Part shown: positions 37,553-48,907 of the stretch, in pieces | How the letters are laid out: each line of letters starts with the position of its first letter | How positions within the stretch are numbered: the first letter of the stretch is position 1 | NCBI GenBank assembly: GCA_963666985.2 | Contig: CAXXIA010000002.1 | Location: forward strand, 2,144,001 to 2,208,000 | Length of the DNA stretch: 64,000 nucleotides | From: Spirochaetia bacterium | Lineage (GTDB): Bacteria > Spirochaetota > Spirochaetia > DSM-2461 | Direction of reading: 5' to 3' | The notes under the pieces: generated by a model | What the model was told of the DNA's origin: nothing | Seen by the model: the letters and a program-made list of their open reading frames with translations, nothing else | Database searches by the model: none | Position numbers and translations under genes: made by a program

Positions 37553-38887
37553 ATGTCGTCTTTGTCCTCCGTTTTTAAAATTAAGGAGCGGAATTCCTCC
37601 GTCAAAATCGAACTGATCGCAGGTCTGACAACGTTCATGACCATGGTTTATGTTTTGGCCGTACAGCCGGCCGCCATCGTTGGTTTCGGACCCGATCCCG
37701 CGGTGGTGGACATTCACGGAATTTCCATCACCAAGGAAGCGATAATGCTTTCAACGGCTCTTGTCAGTGCCGTCGTGACGATTTTTATGGCATTCTTCAC
37801 TGATCTTCCTTTTGCTCTTTCCTGCGGCATGGGCATGAACTTTATGCTCGGCGGCATGATTCAGGCCAAAGCGCTTTCCTTTGCCGGGGCCATGACGATG
37901 ATTCTTATCGCCGGAATCCTTTTCGTTCTTTTGTCGGTTTTCGGTGTAAGAAGCCTGATTATGAGGATGATTCCCAAAAATATAAAAACATCGGTTGTTG
38001 TTTTGGTCGGATTCTTCATCGCATATCTGGGATTCACCAATTCGGGAATTGTCTCGGCGTCGGCCGGTCTTGCCTTCGGCAATTTGAAAGATCCGGCCGT
38101 ACTCCTGGCTTTGGGATCGCTTCTTCTGATCGCGCTGCTGACGGCCTATAAAGTCAAGGGTGCCGTTCTCATCAGTATCCTCGCCACCACAATCGTCGGG
38201 ATTCCTCTCGGCGTAACACATGTTCCCGAACATCTTTTTCGCCTGCCCTCGTTTCATTCGGTAGAAAATGTTCTCTTTCAATTCAGCTTTAAGGAAGTGC
38301 TTAACTGGACAACGGTTCCCATTATTTTTGTTCTTTTCATCAGTGACTTCTTCTGTTCTCTTTCGGCCTTTCTGGGGATCGGCGCCAAGGCGAATCTGCT
38401 CGACAAGGACGGAAATTTTCCGAATATCGAGCGGCCGTTCCTTGTCGATTCCATAGGAACGGTTTTTGGGGCGCTCTGCGGCAGCACCACGATTACCACG
38501 TATGCCGAGTCGGCGACGGGTGTTGAAGAAGGCGGCCGGACGGGGCTGACGTCTCTTGTTGTCGGTATTTGTTTCCTGCTGACTCTGTTTATGGCGCCGC
38601 TTTTTCTGATGATTCCCAACGCGGCGACCGGTCCGGCCCTTATCTTCGTCGGTCTGATTATGGTTCTGGAAATGGGGCATATGGAATTCACCGACTTTAC
38701 CGAGTTTTTCGGGCCCATCATGATGATTTTCTTCAGCGTTTTCACCGCGAATATCGCCACGGGAATTTCCGCCGGGATTCTGGCCCACATTTTTGTAAAA
38801 GCCGTTACGGGAAAGTTCAAAGAGGTTCATCCGGGTTTGTATATTCTTTCGGTTTTCTTAATCGGCTATTTCATTTTCGCCGTATAA
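37553..38887 (+). CDS. NCS2/AzgA-family purine permease
   Basis: ELIAGLTTFMTM, GMGMN and ESATGVEEGGRTGL motifs. Confidence 0.92.
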   Translation: MSSLSSVFKIKERNSSVKIELIAGLTTFMTMVYVLAVQPAAIVGFGPDPAVVDIHGISITKEAIMLSTALVSAVVTIFMAFFTDLPFALSCGMGMNFMLGGMIQAKALSFAGAMTMILIAGILFVLLSVFGVRSLIMRMIPKNIKTSVVVLVGFFIAYLGFTNSGIVSASAGLAFGNLKDPAVLLALGSLLLIALLTAYKVKGAVLISILATTIVGIPLGVTHVPEHLFRLPSFHSVENVLFQFSFKEVLNWTTVPIIFVLFISDFFCSLSAFLGIGAKANLLDKDGNFPNIERPFLVDSIGTVFGALCGSTTITTYAESATGVEEGGRTGLTSLVVGICFLLTLFMAPLFLMIPNAATGPALIFVGLIMVLEMGHMEFTDFTEFFGPIMMIFFSVFTANIATGISAGILAHIFVKAVTGKFKEVHPGLYILSVFLIGYFIFAV

Positions 38888-38903
38888 CGGGGGCGGCGGA
38901 TTG

Positions 38904-40673
38904 ATGAGCATGATGGATGTAAACCTCATAGATGTTGCTCTGGGGAAGAAACCGGCAAGTCTGGTTATTAAGAACGGGATTCTGATTAACGTTCATACGA
39001 AAGAAACCTACCCCGCCGACGTCGCGATTTTCGGCGACCGCATCGCTACGGTTTCCGATCTTCCCGAAGGGATTGTGGGAAAAGAGACGCGGGTTATCGA
39101 TGCCTGCGGACAGTATCTGGCTCCCGGCTTCATCGATGCGCATATTCATGTGGAAAGCAGCATGCTGACCTATACGGAATTTGTGAAAATGGTTCTTCCC
39201 AGAGGAACCACGGTGGTGGCCACCGACCTTATGGAAGTAACGATCGTTTCGGGAATCGACGGAATGAAGGAGATTCTTAAAGAAGCTTCGACGCTGCCGG
39301 TGTCGCTGTATTATCCGGTTCCCTCGTTTATGGAAGACGAATCGGAGCTGCAGACGACGGGAAGCGTTCTGCGTCCCGAAATGATTGAAGAACTTCTGGA
39401 TTTGCCGGAAGCCGTCGGGTTGGCGGAAGTTCTGGTTCCCCCGATTCTCGCCGGGAGCCCCGTTTCGGCCCATATACTCGAAGAAGCGGCAAAACGCGGT
39501 AAAACCGCGGAAGGTCATGCGCCGGCCCTCGCGAAATCCGCTCTGAACGCGTATGCCTCGGCGGGCATCCGTTCCGATCATGAAGCCGGAACGGCGGCGG
39601 AAGCACTCGGAAAGCTGCGGGCCGGACTGCGGGTTCTTATGCGGGAAGGCGCGGCCGCCGCCGATCTTGACGAATGCCTCAAAATCATTACGGAATGCAG
39701 CGTCGACTCCCGTCACTGCGCCATGATCAGCGACGACATTGATGCGTATTACATTCACAAGAACGGTCATATGGATTACAAGATCCGCAGAGCCGTCGAA
39801 GCCGGAGTGGATCCTCTCACCGCCATTCAGATGGTTACGATCAATCCCGCCGAGAGTTTGAAAATCGATGATTGTCACGGAAGTATTGCTCCGGGAAAAA
39901 TCGCGGATATTGTGTTCTTAACATCTCTTGAATCAATGGAAATCGGTTCGGTCGTCGCCAAAGGGGAACTCGCGGCCGAATCCGGAAAACTTTTAAAATC
40001 CATTCCCTCTCCGGCCTACGGCGCCGTTCTGAAGAATACGGTCAAACTTCATAAAAAGGTGGAGCCGGAAGATCTGCTGATTTCTCTTCCCGGAAAGAAC
40101 AAGGCTCGCGTTCGTGTTATCGGTGCCTCGAAAACATCGTTGTTAACCGAAGCGCTGGAAGCGGAAATGAACGTATCGAACGGATTTCTGCGGCCCGATC
40201 CTTCTCGGGATCTTCTCTCCATTGCCTGTGTGGAACGCTATGGAAAAAGCGGTTCGGTGGGAAAGGCTTTTATCAAGGGATTCGGATTGAAATCGGGAGC
40301 CCTCGCCACATCGGTGGGGCACGATCATCATAACCTGACGGCCGTCGGCGCCGATCCGGGCGATATGGCTTTGGCTTTGAATCGAATCGCGGAAATGGAC
40401 GGAGGGCTCGCCGTCGCCGAAGGCGGAAAAATCATGGCGGAAATACCCCTGCCGATTTGCGGTCTGCTCTCTCCCTCCGGCGGTGAAGAGGTGGCGGAGC
40501 GGCAGGGAAAAATGTATGAAATTCTGCGCCGAATGGGGAACGATATGCCCTCTCCCTTCATGACTCTTTCTTTTATTACTCTGATTTTTATTCCCGCCTA
40601 TGGTATAACGGATCGGGGACTTTTGGATGTTTCCCAATTCACGATAGTCGATCCGGTGATTCATGCCGAATAG
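38904..40673 (+). CDS. ade: Adenine deaminase-family protein (paralog 1)
   Basis: PGFIDAHIHVESS, EGH, SDHE, REG, SDD and HDHHN motifs. Confidence 0.85.
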   Translation: MSMMDVNLIDVALGKKPASLVIKNGILINVHTKETYPADVAIFGDRIATVSDLPEGIVGKETRVIDACGQYLAPGFIDAHIHVESSMLTYTEFVKMVLPRGTTVVATDLMEVTIVSGIDGMKEILKEASTLPVSLYYPVPSFMEDESELQTTGSVLRPEMIEELLDLPEAVGLAEVLVPPILAGSPVSAHILEEAAKRGKTAEGHAPALAKSALNAYASAGIRSDHEAGTAAEALGKLRAGLRVLMREGAAAADLDECLKIITECSVDSRHCAMISDDIDAYYIHKNGHMDYKIRRAVEAGVDPLTAIQMVTINPAESLKIDDCHGSIAPGKIADIVFLTSLESMEIGSVVAKGELAAESGKLLKSIPSPAYGAVLKNTVKLHKKVEPEDLLISLPGKNKARVRVIGASKTSLLTEALEAEMNVSNGFLRPDPSRDLLSIACVERYGKSGSVGKAFIKGFGLKSGALATSVGHDHHNLTAVGADPGDMALALNRIAEMDGGLAVAEGGKIMAEIPLPICGLLSPSGGEEVAERQGKMYEILRRMGNDMPSPFMTLSFITLIFIPAYGITDRGLLDVSQFTIVDPVIHAE

Positions 40674-40689
40674 AAAGGATTCTCATTTA

Positions 40690-42048
40690 ATGAAGCAGAT
40701 TTATATTAAGAACGCCTATATCGTTTCCATGAATAACCGCGAAGAGGTTTTTTCTTCCGGAGGACTCCTTATCGAAGATGATAAAATCGCCGCGGTAGGG
40801 AATGTTGATGAACGTTTGATTAATCCGGATGCGGAAATCGTCGACGGCGAAGGTAAAATCGTCCTTCCCGGCTTAATCAATACGCATGTGCATACTTCGC
40901 AGCAGCTGGGGCGGGGACTTGGAGACGATGTTCCGCTGCTGACATGGCTTCATGAGCGCATCTGGCCCTATGAAAGCAATATGAGTGAGGAAGATTCCTA
41001 TGTTTCCACATTACTTTGCTGTTTGGAGCAGATTCGTTCGGGCGTTACCTCTTTCGCGGAGCCCGGCGGTCAGTTCGTTTCGGGAATGGCCCGGGGAGTT
41101 CGCGAGGCCGGGATTCGGGGAAAGCTGGCGAAATCCGTTATGGACTGCGGAGAAGGCCTTCCCGAAATCTGGCGGCGGAGCACGGATGAAGAACTCTCCG
41201 TTCAGGAAGATGATCTGAAGAAATTCCACAATACCGCCGACGGCCGGGTTCAGGTTTGGTTCGGCCTGAGGACGCTGTTCAATAATTCGGACGACCTTAT
41301 CGTTCGAACGAAGGAATTGGCCGACAAGTACGGCGTTGGTGTTCATATGCATGTGGCCGAGGTTAAAGACGAAGTGGAATACGCCGCGGCAAGCCGCGGG
41401 GTGCCCACGGTGACACATCTGAACAACCTCGGTGTTCTGGATAAAAACTTCCTGGCGGTTCATACCGTATGGCTTACGAACGAAGAGGTTGAAATTTTCC
41501 GCGATAAAGGTGTGAAAGTTTCGCATAATCCGGCGGCCGCCATGAGGGTTCTGGGATTTGCCAAGATTCCCCGAATGATTCGGGAAGGTATCTGCGTAAC
41601 CATCGGGACGGACGGAGCGCCGTCCAATAATCGCATGACTCTGATTGACGAAATGTGGCTCACCGCCCTTATTCATAAGGGATGGCGGCTCGATCCCACG
41701 GCCGTGAAGGCCGAAGAAATTCTCCGGATGGTTACGACAAAAGGCGCCGAGGCCCTTTTGGAAGAACGGAACCTTGGTTCCCTGGAGCCCGGAAAGAAAG
41801 CGGATGTGGCCATTATCAATCCGGACAGTCCCGGAATGCTTCCCCTTCACGATCCCATTGCCAATCTGGTTACCTCCATGCATTCCTCAAATGTGGAAAG
41901 CACGATATGCGACGGCCGGTGGATTATGAAGAATCGTGAGATTCTGACTCTTGATGAGAACGCTGTTCTTGAGGAAGCCAAAAAGAGGGCCGCGGTCATT
42001 CGAAAACGGGCCGGAATAGTTCTTCCGGATCGGTTTCCGGTGGTTTAG
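40690..42048 (+). CDS. Amidohydrolase (MTA/SAH deaminase / Atz-Trz family)
   Basis: PGLINTHVH, HMHVAE, AVH, HNP and GTDG motifs. Confidence 0.88.
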   Translation: MKQIYIKNAYIVSMNNREEVFSSGGLLIEDDKIAAVGNVDERLINPDAEIVDGEGKIVLPGLINTHVHTSQQLGRGLGDDVPLLTWLHERIWPYESNMSEEDSYVSTLLCCLEQIRSGVTSFAEPGGQFVSGMARGVREAGIRGKLAKSVMDCGEGLPEIWRRSTDEELSVQEDDLKKFHNTADGRVQVWFGLRTLFNNSDDLIVRTKELADKYGVGVHMHVAEVKDEVEYAAASRGVPTVTHLNNLGVLDKNFLAVHTVWLTNEEVEIFRDKGVKVSHNPAAAMRVLGFAKIPRMIREGICVTIGTDGAPSNNRMTLIDEMWLTALIHKGWRLDPTAVKAEEILRMVTTKGAEALLEERNLGSLEPGKKADVAIINPDSPGMLPLHDPIANLVTSMHSSNVESTICDGRWIMKNREILTLDENAVLEEAKKRAAVIRKRAGIVLPDRFPVV

Positions 42049-42132
42049 CCTGCCTCCTCGAGGGAAGGCTTTTAACGATTGATCGGCCGAGTGTCGAACA
42101 ATCACAACAACACGATATATGGGGAGACTGAA

Positions 42133-43896
42133 ATGAATCAGCATGTGATTGATGTCGCGTCCGGGAAAATCAAAGCCGACCTGGCGGTGATTAACGGTAA
42201 AATTGTCAACGTTTGTTCTAAAGAAGTCTATGACGGTGGAATCGCCGCGGCCGGGGGGATTATCGCCGCGGTGGGAGACATCGAGTATACGATCGGTCCC
42301 GAAACGAAGATTATCGACGCAAAGGGAAAATACCTGACTCCCGGCTTTATCGACGGTCACATTCATCCGGAAAGCACCAACCTCAGCATGACGGCTTTTG
42401 CGCAGGGTCTTTTGACTCACGGGACGACCGTTATCATGACCGATCTTCATGAAGCGGGAGTGGTGAACGGACTGGAAGCCATTGAGGCTCTTCTGGACGA
42501 AGCCGCCGCGACGGACTTGAAGATGTATTTTGTCGTTCCTTCTCATGTTCCCTTCGCGCCGAATTTGGAAACCAGCGGCGGCGTTTTCGACAGTTCCATT
42601 ATTTCCAAGGCATTGGATCGGCCGGATGCCGTCGGTATTTCCGAAATCGTCGCGCCCTATTTATTAAACGGCTATCCTGATTTGATGGAGGCCATGGATG
42701 TTGCCCTGAAAAAGGGCAAAAGTCTTCAGGGGCATCTTCCCGACATTTCGGGAAAAGATCTGAACACCTGCTTAGCGGCCGGTGTAACAACCGATCACGA
42801 AGCGCTCTCGACCGAAGAAGCCGTGGAACGGGTTCGTTCCGGATGTCATCTAATGATGAGGGAAGGATCGGCCGCACGGAATCTGAAGGATTTGGTGAAG
42901 GTTATCACCGAATACAAAATGGATTCGACGCTTTGCAGCATTATTACCGACGATTTGCATACGATCGATTTGGCGGAAAAGGGACATCTGGACGAATCGA
43001 TTCGCACCGCTTTATCCCTGGGGGTTGATTTCATTACGGCCGTGCAGCTGGTTACCATCAATGCGGCCAGGGCGTTCCATCTGGATCATGAAATCGGTTC
43101 TCTCGCTCCGGGACGGCGGGCGGATATCAATATCACGGACGGACCGGAATCCTTTGCCGTCCACTCGGTTATTTCGGCAGGCAGGGAAGTCGTGAGGGAC
43201 GGAACCTTCCTGAATCCCTACCCGGAAATCCGGCACAAGCCCTGTCTTTTGAACAGCGTTACGATGCCGAAGAAAATCACGGCGGAAGATTTGGGCCTTC
43301 CAGCCGAATGCGAAACCGGAAACGTTAAAGTTCAAGCCATGCGGACTCTCGACTGGATTCCCATAACCATCGGTGAAGAAGCCGTTCTGCCGGTTCGCGG
43401 CGGAATCGTTCAGTGTAATCCGGAAGCGGATATCCTTCATATCGCTCAGGTTGAGCGCTATGGAAAACACGGGAATATCGGCAAGGCGTTTATGGCCGGA
43501 TTCAACCTGAAGGGAGGAGCCCTGGCTTCGTCGGTTGCTCATGACAACCACAACATCATCGCGATGGGAACGAACCTGGACGATGTGGCGTTCGCCATGA
43601 ACCGGGTCGCGGAACTTCAGGGCGGACAAGTCGTGGTTAAGAACGGACAGGTCCTGGCGGAAGCGGCCTATCCGGTTCTGGGTCTTCTTTCCGATTTGTC
43701 TCTGGAAGAACTGACCGATCTGAAGAAAAAGCTTATCGATGAAACGCGGAAACTCGGCTCGACCATTCCCGCGCCGTTCATGTTCCTTTCCTTTATCGGG
43801 CTGGCGGCCATTCCGGAATATGCCATTACCGATCAGGGATTCGTTCATGTGCCGACGCAGTCCGTAATCAATCCCATCCTTGAGGTTGTTGCGTAA
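42133..43896 (+). CDS. ade: Adenine deaminase-family protein (paralog 2)
   Basis: PGFIDGHIHPES, DLHE, QGH, TDHE, REGSAARNL, TDD and SVAHDNHN motifs. Confidence 0.88.
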   Translation: MNQHVIDVASGKIKADLAVINGKIVNVCSKEVYDGGIAAAGGIIAAVGDIEYTIGPETKIIDAKGKYLTPGFIDGHIHPESTNLSMTAFAQGLLTHGTTVIMTDLHEAGVVNGLEAIEALLDEAAATDLKMYFVVPSHVPFAPNLETSGGVFDSSIISKALDRPDAVGISEIVAPYLLNGYPDLMEAMDVALKKGKSLQGHLPDISGKDLNTCLAAGVTTDHEALSTEEAVERVRSGCHLMMREGSAARNLKDLVKVITEYKMDSTLCSIITDDLHTIDLAEKGHLDESIRTALSLGVDFITAVQLVTINAARAFHLDHEIGSLAPGRRADINITDGPESFAVHSVISAGREVVRDGTFLNPYPEIRHKPCLLNSVTMPKKITAEDLGLPAECETGNVKVQAMRTLDWIPITIGEEAVLPVRGGIVQCNPEADILHIAQVERYGKHGNIGKAFMAGFNLKGGALASSVAHDNHNIIAMGTNLDDVAFAMNRVAELQGGQVVVKNGQVLAEAAYPVLGLLSDLSLEELTDLKKKLIDETRKLGSTIPAPFMFLSFIGLAAIPEYAITDQGFVHVPTQSVINPILEVVA

Positions 43897-43945
43897 GAGA
43901 AAATCCGGAGGGGGATGGTTTGTCTCTCCGGGAACTCGGACACAA

Positions 43946-43985
43946 AACCGCCCGTGAAGCGAATTCGCGGGCGGTTCTTTCTTTA
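43946..43985 (+). terminator. Intrinsic terminator
   Basis: aaccgcccgtgaa-gcgaa-ttcgcgggcggtt followed by a T-rich tail. Confidence 0.75.
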
Positions 43986-44194
43986 ATTTATGGATGTGAA
44001 AATGAGCCGGAATATGAGGATTCAAAAATATACTTATTAAATCGTTAAAAAGAATTTAATTCGTGAAGGCATGAAAAATATTCATGATTATTGAAATAAG
44101 AGATAGGAGATTTCGCTTATATTTTTACCAGCGTTCTCCTATCGGGAAAATTACTCACTCCTCTTGTTTAATTTTGAGGGTAGTGTTTATTGAC

Positions 44195-44893
44195 TTATTG
44201 CGTTAATTCCTTGCGGCGTATCTCTCCGTCCCTTTTGTCAAGGCTGAAATCTCCACCTTTTGTATTAGGATCTTTTTCGGGATGCAGGAACAAATTGACA
44301 CAGTCGTAGACAAGATCTTCTCCGTACATATCATAAATGGATATCCAATAGCAGTTTTTCTTGTTGTTAAGGATATCTTTCATAAAGGCAATGTCTTTAA
44401 CAGAATGTCGATCTTCTCCGTTTTTCCAATCAAGACACTGGATGAGTACATTTTTACTAAGCGGAAGTACAAGGTCTTCATCACCAACCGGAGGTGCCGC
44501 ACCTTTGTAGTATGTTTCATAATAGACTGTATAGCCATTGTTCATTTCTTCGTTAAACTCTTTTGCCTTGAAGATGAGTTTGTCATCTTCGGCTCGAACA
44601 ACATGTCCAATAGTTTTCGGAACACCGAAGCCGTATCCCGCATAGATGGTTTCTCCGATTTCGGCTTTATTCAATTCAACCATAACCCCATTTTCATCAT
44701 AAACCGGAATTCGTGGAGTTTCCGTAATTAAAGGGAATGCATACTTTGGATCAAACTGAATATCATACAGGCTTTTTGAAATTGCATGTTTTTCAAGTTT
44801 TCCCTTGAGAAGTGTGGTAATGGAATATCCTGTGCTTGACTCCGGATCTTCCAAGAACTCCTGAATAAATCGGTACTCTGTTTCCTTTTCCAT
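44195..44893 (-). CDS. Hypothetical soluble protein, last gene of the peptide ABC operon
   Basis: 232-aa ORF with AAGGAG RBS; no family recognised. Confidence 0.8.
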   Translation of the reverse strand: MEKETEYRFIQEFLEDPESSTGYSITTLLKGKLEKHAISKSLYDIQFDPKYAFPLITETPRIPVYDENGVMVELNKAEIGETIYAGYGFGVPKTIGHVVRAEDDKLIFKAKEFNEEMNNGYTVYYETYYKGAAPPVGDEDLVLPLSKNVLIQCLDWKNGEDRHSVKDIAFMKDILNNKKNCYWISIYDMYGEDLVYDCVNLFLHPEKDPNTKGGDFSLDKRDGEIRRKELTQ

Positions 44894-44912
44894 TTTTTCT
44901 CCTTGGCTGTAT

Positions 44913-45869
44913 TTATTCTGTTAAAAAACAGGAAACATAATGTTTCTTTTCTATTTCTATGAGCTGGGGCTCCTCCGAACTGCAGCGATCAATGACATTG
45001 CGGCAGCGATTGCAGAAGCGGCATATCGGTTTAGGTGCTATGGGAGAAGTTATTTCACCTTTTAATAGAATCCGTTCTTTTTTCTTTTTTATATTGGGAA
45101 TTGGAATGGCTGAAAGAAGAGCTTGTGTGTACGGGTGGACAGGGTTTGTGAATAAGACTTCTGCCGGAGCCATTTCAACGATTTTTCCAAGATACATTAC
45201 GGCGATATCATCTGAAAAATAGTTAACAACCGATAAATCATGGGTTATGAACATATAAGTTAATCCCATTTTCTTTTGTAATTCTTTCATGAGGTTCAGA
45301 ATCTGTGCCTGAATGGAAACATCCAGTGCCGAAACTGGTTCATCACAGACGATGAACTTAGGATTAAGCGCTAAAGCCCGGGCAATACCGATTCTTTGAC
45401 GTCTTCCTCCATCGAGTTCATGCGGATATGTGTCCCATAGACGGTCGGCTAAACCAACAACTTCCATAATTTCACGAACCTTTTCCTGCCTTTGCCGCTT
45501 ATTCTTTTCAATCCGGTGAATACGTAAAGGTTCCATTATGGTTTGGCTTACGGTCTTTCGGGGATTAAGTGAGGAGAAAGGATCCTGGAAAACAATTTGC
45601 AGCTCTCTTCTTTTTTTGCGGATTTCTTCTTTATTTAATTTACTTAAATCATTACCTTCGAAAATGACTTCTCCTGATGTGGGTTCCAATAAGCGAAGAA
45701 TTGTGCGACCCATTGTTGATTTCCCGCAACCTGATTCCCCGACTACACCAAGGGTTTTTCCCCGTTTCAGTGTGAAAGAAACATCATCGACCGCATGAAG
45801 AGGTCCTAAAGGAGTTTGAAAATATTTTTTTAAGTTATTTACTTCTAAGATTGTCTCTTGTTTATTCAC
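44913..45869 (-). CDS. Peptide/nickel ABC ATPase (DppF/OppF-like)
   Basis: [17 protein letters not shown] and Cys-rich C-terminus. Confidence 0.93.
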   Translation of the reverse strand: MNKQETILEVNNLKKYFQTPLGPLHAVDDVSFTLKRGKTLGVVGESGCGKSTMGRTILRLLEPTSGEVIFEGNDLSKLNKEEIRKKRRELQIVFQDPFSSLNPRKTVSQTIMEPLRIHRIEKNKRQRQEKVREIMEVVGLADRLWDTYPHELDGGRRQRIGIARALALNPKFIVCDEPVSALDVSIQAQILNLMKELQKKMGLTYMFITHDLSVVNYFSDDIAVMYLGKIVEMAPAEVLFTNPVHPYTQALLSAIPIPNIKKKKERILLKGEITSPIAPKPICRFCNRCRNVIDRCSSEEPQLIEIEKKHYVSCFLTE

Positions 45870-46885
45870 TGATTGATTACCGTCCCGTCAGCAATGTTGT
45901 TTCCGTTGTATAAATGACATTCCACAAAATGTGTTTCATTGCTGTAAATCCTTTTTGGTTTTTCGGTATTACATATCTCTTTCGCATAGTTACATCGGGG
46001 GCAGAATGAACATCCTGATGGTAAATTCGCAGGATCAGACATTAATCCTTTTATTGGTTTAAGAGGTACATCCCGTTTCTCCATATTAGGCAGGGAGTTG
46101 AAGAGACCTTCGGTATATGGATGAAGTGTTTTCTCAAAAATATCTTCCAGAGTCCCGTGTTCTACAATTCTACCGGCGTAAATTATCGAAACGGTATCGC
46201 ATGTTTCCGCAACAATACCCAAATCATGAGTGATCATGAGCATTGAAGTTCCGTAACTCTCTTTAAGATTTTTCATCATTTCCAAAACCTGTGCCTGAAT
46301 TGTTACATCCAGTGCCGTTGTCGGTTCATCGGCAATTAACAGCTTTGGATTACAGGCCAGAGCCATGGCTATAACGACTCGTTGCCGCATACCACCCGAA
46401 AATTGATGTGGGTACTCTACCCCGCGATTGCTTGGGATTCCAACAAGCTCCATCATTTTGCCGGCTTCCAGAATTGCCTTTTTCTCACCACAGCCGGAAT
46501 GATGGTTGATAACTTCAGCAATTTGTTTTTCTATGGTTATTACCGGGTTTAAAGCGGTCATGGGATCCTGAAAAATCATGGAGACATCTTTACCTCTGAT
46601 CTTTCCCATTTCCGCTTTACTTTTTTGTAGAATGTTCTCTTTGTTTAAAAAGATTGAACCTTTCTTAATGACTCCAGGAGGTGAAGCAATAAGCTGCATT
46701 ATTGATAGGGCGGCTGTTGTTTTTCCGGCTCCTGTTTCTCCAACGAGTCCAAGAGTCTTGCCTCGTTCAATAAAGAGTTCCAAACCATTCAATGCATGAA
46801 TTATTTCTTCATCGGTGTGGTATTCAACAACGAGGTCTTTCATTTCCAGAGTCAGGTCTTTTTGCTTATTGTTGTTTTTTTCCAT
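45866..46885 (-). CDS. Peptide/nickel ABC ATPase (DppD/OppD-like)
   Basis: [16 protein letters not shown] and DEPTTALD motifs. Confidence 0.93.
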   Translation of the reverse strand: MEKNNNKQKDLTLEMKDLVVEYHTDEEIIHALNGLELFIERGKTLGLVGETGAGKTTAALSIMQLIASPPGVIKKGSIFLNKENILQKSKAEMGKIRGKDVSMIFQDPMTALNPVITIEKQIAEVINHHSGCGEKKAILEAGKMMELVGIPSNRGVEYPHQFSGGMRQRVVIAMALACNPKLLIADEPTTALDVTIQAQVLEMMKNLKESYGTSMLMITHDLGIVAETCDTVSIIYAGRIVEHGTLEDIFEKTLHPYTEGLFNSLPNMEKRDVPLKPIKGLMSDPANLPSGCSFCPRCNYAKEICNTEKPKRIYSNETHFVECHLYNGNNIADGTVINQ

Positions 46886-46922
46886 ATTTATCTTGATACC
46901 TTCATCTTTCGATGATTCATTG

Positions 46923-47825
46923 TTACTTTTGTCTTGGATCAAAGGCATCACGTAATCCGTCTCCAAGCAGGTTAAATGCTAAAATTGTGATCATTATTGC
47001 CACCCCCGGAAACAATGTCATATAGCTGTACTGTCTGATATATGTTCTTCCTGTAGACAACATGGCACCCCATTCAGGCATGGGTGCTTGGATTCCCAAT
47101 CCCAAGAAGCTGAGACCTGCTGTTGCGGCAATGACAGCCGCTATATATAACGTTGCATTTACGATTACAGGAGCCATGCAGTTTGGAAGGATATGCCCTA
47201 ATATTATTGTACTGTGTCTTGCCCCGATAGCTCTTGCCGCTTCGATGTATTCTACATCTCGAACTGTAAGTATGGCTCCGCGCATTACTCTTGCGTATGG
47301 AGGAATGCCTGAGATTGATAACGCAATAATCAAGTTGCGTGTACTGGTACCCAAGGCTGCTACAATTGCAATTGCCAGGAGAAGACCTGGTATCGCCAGG
47401 AAGACATCCATTAGGCGCATCACAATCATATCCGACTTCTTTCCCCAATATCCGGCAATGATTCCGAAAATACTGCCGATAACCATGCTGATTAAATTGG
47501 CGGTAATTCCGATGAAAAGGGAGATACGGGTTCCGTATATGATTCTTGCTAGAATATCTCTGCCCAGTTCATCGGTTCCAAAAGGATGCTCCGCGCATGG
47601 GCTTATAAGTCGTTCTGATATATTCTGCTTAATGATATCTTCTTCGTAGTCATAGATGACATCAGCAAAAATGGCCAGCAGTATTAAGAGGATGATGATG
47701 ACAAAACCTATAATGGCCGATTTCCTTTTCGACAGTCTTTTAACTGCTTGGGAAAATTCACCTTTTTTTCTTTTCTTTTTTTTAGAGACATTGCTGTTCT
47801 TTTGAATTGTATTTTCTTTATTCAT
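46923..47825 (-). CDS. Peptide ABC permease (DppC-like)
   Basis: HPFGTDELGRD, EYIEAARAIGA and GDGLRDAFDP motifs. Confidence 0.93.
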   Translation of the reverse strand: MNKENTIQKNSNVSKKKKRKKGEFSQAVKRLSKRKSAIIGFVIIILLILLAIFADVIYDYEEDIIKQNISERLISPCAEHPFGTDELGRDILARIIYGTRISLFIGITANLISMVIGSIFGIIAGYWGKKSDMIVMRLMDVFLAIPGLLLAIAIVAALGTSTRNLIIALSISGIPPYARVMRGAILTVRDVEYIEAARAIGARHSTIILGHILPNCMAPVIVNATLYIAAVIAATAGLSFLGLGIQAPMPEWGAMLSTGRTYIRQYSYMTLFPGVAIMITILAFNLLGDGLRDAFDPRQK

Positions 47826-47837
47826 AATCTTTTTTCT

Positions 47838-48764
47838 TCATGAATACATTGATTTCATACGCGGATCTACAAGACCGTAGAAAAGATCAACAACTAAATT
47901 GATGATAGAAAAGCTTATTGCGAGTACAATGATACAGCCCATAACTGTCGGAGTGTCTCTCGACATAATTGATTGAATCATTAACCTTCCGATTCCTGGC
48001 CAAGCGAAAACAGTTTCAATAAGTACGGAACTGGCCATTAGTGATCCCATCTGAAGACCAATCATGGTAATAGTCGGAATGAGGGCGTTTTTTAAAGCGT
48101 GTCTGCGTATGACCAGCCGTTCGGGAATCCCTTTGCTTCTGGCTGTTCTGATATAATCCTGTCGAATTACTTCGAGCATAGAGGATCTGGTTGTTCTGGC
48201 AATACTCGCCATTGACCTTACGGCCATGGATAACGCCGGTAAAACAATACTGCTTAATTTTTCTGCTCCTGATACGGGGAACCAGCCTAATTTAAGCGAG
48301 AAAAGGAGTATTAGAAGTAGCCCAAGCCAGAATATCGGCATGGAAATACCGATTAAAGAGATGAGCATGCAAAATCCGTCAAACCATGTATTTTGTTTAA
48401 TAGCGGCGAATATTCCTAATGGAAGTGCCAGAACAAGACAGATTATTATTGAACAAAAAGCTAGGCGGATTGTATTTGGTAAACGGGCACCAATTTCGAC
48501 GGATACGGGATTTCTTGACTTGTAGGAAATGCCCATATCCCCTTTACACAGATTTAGCATATAACGGGCATACTGAACGAGAATAGGATCATTAAGGCCC
48601 ATTTCTTCCCGAAGAGCTTCAACTTTTTCATCAGTTGCTTCAGTACCCAGCATTATTCTAGCCGGATCTCCCTCTGTAAGGCTGATGATGAGATATACGA
48701 CAAGTGTGGCTCCAATAATTATTGGGATCATAGCTGCGAGTCTTTTAATTATAAATTTGAGCAT
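47838..48764 (-). CDS. Peptide ABC permease (DppB-like)
   Basis: DYIRTARSKG and ETVFAWPGIG motifs. Confidence 0.93.
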   Translation of the reverse strand: MLKFIIKRLAAMIPIIIGATLVVYLIISLTEGDPARIMLGTEATDEKVEALREEMGLNDPILVQYARYMLNLCKGDMGISYKSRNPVSVEIGARLPNTIRLAFCSIIICLVLALPLGIFAAIKQNTWFDGFCMLISLIGISMPIFWLGLLLILLFSLKLGWFPVSGAEKLSSIVLPALSMAVRSMASIARTTRSSMLEVIRQDYIRTARSKGIPERLVIRRHALKNALIPTITMIGLQMGSLMASSVLIETVFAWPGIGRLMIQSIMSRDTPTVMGCIIVLAISFSIINLVVDLFYGLVDPRMKSMYS

Positions 48765-48907
48765 CCTTTTTGCCTTTAAACCTGTTGAATGTAAACAGCC
48801 TCTTTTAAGGATACGATACAATCCGGATATATAAGGAGAAAACCCGTTCCCGGAAAGGGGAGACTTTTTATGGAGGGTTTTCTCCTTTTCTTAATTTATG
48901 GTGCTAT

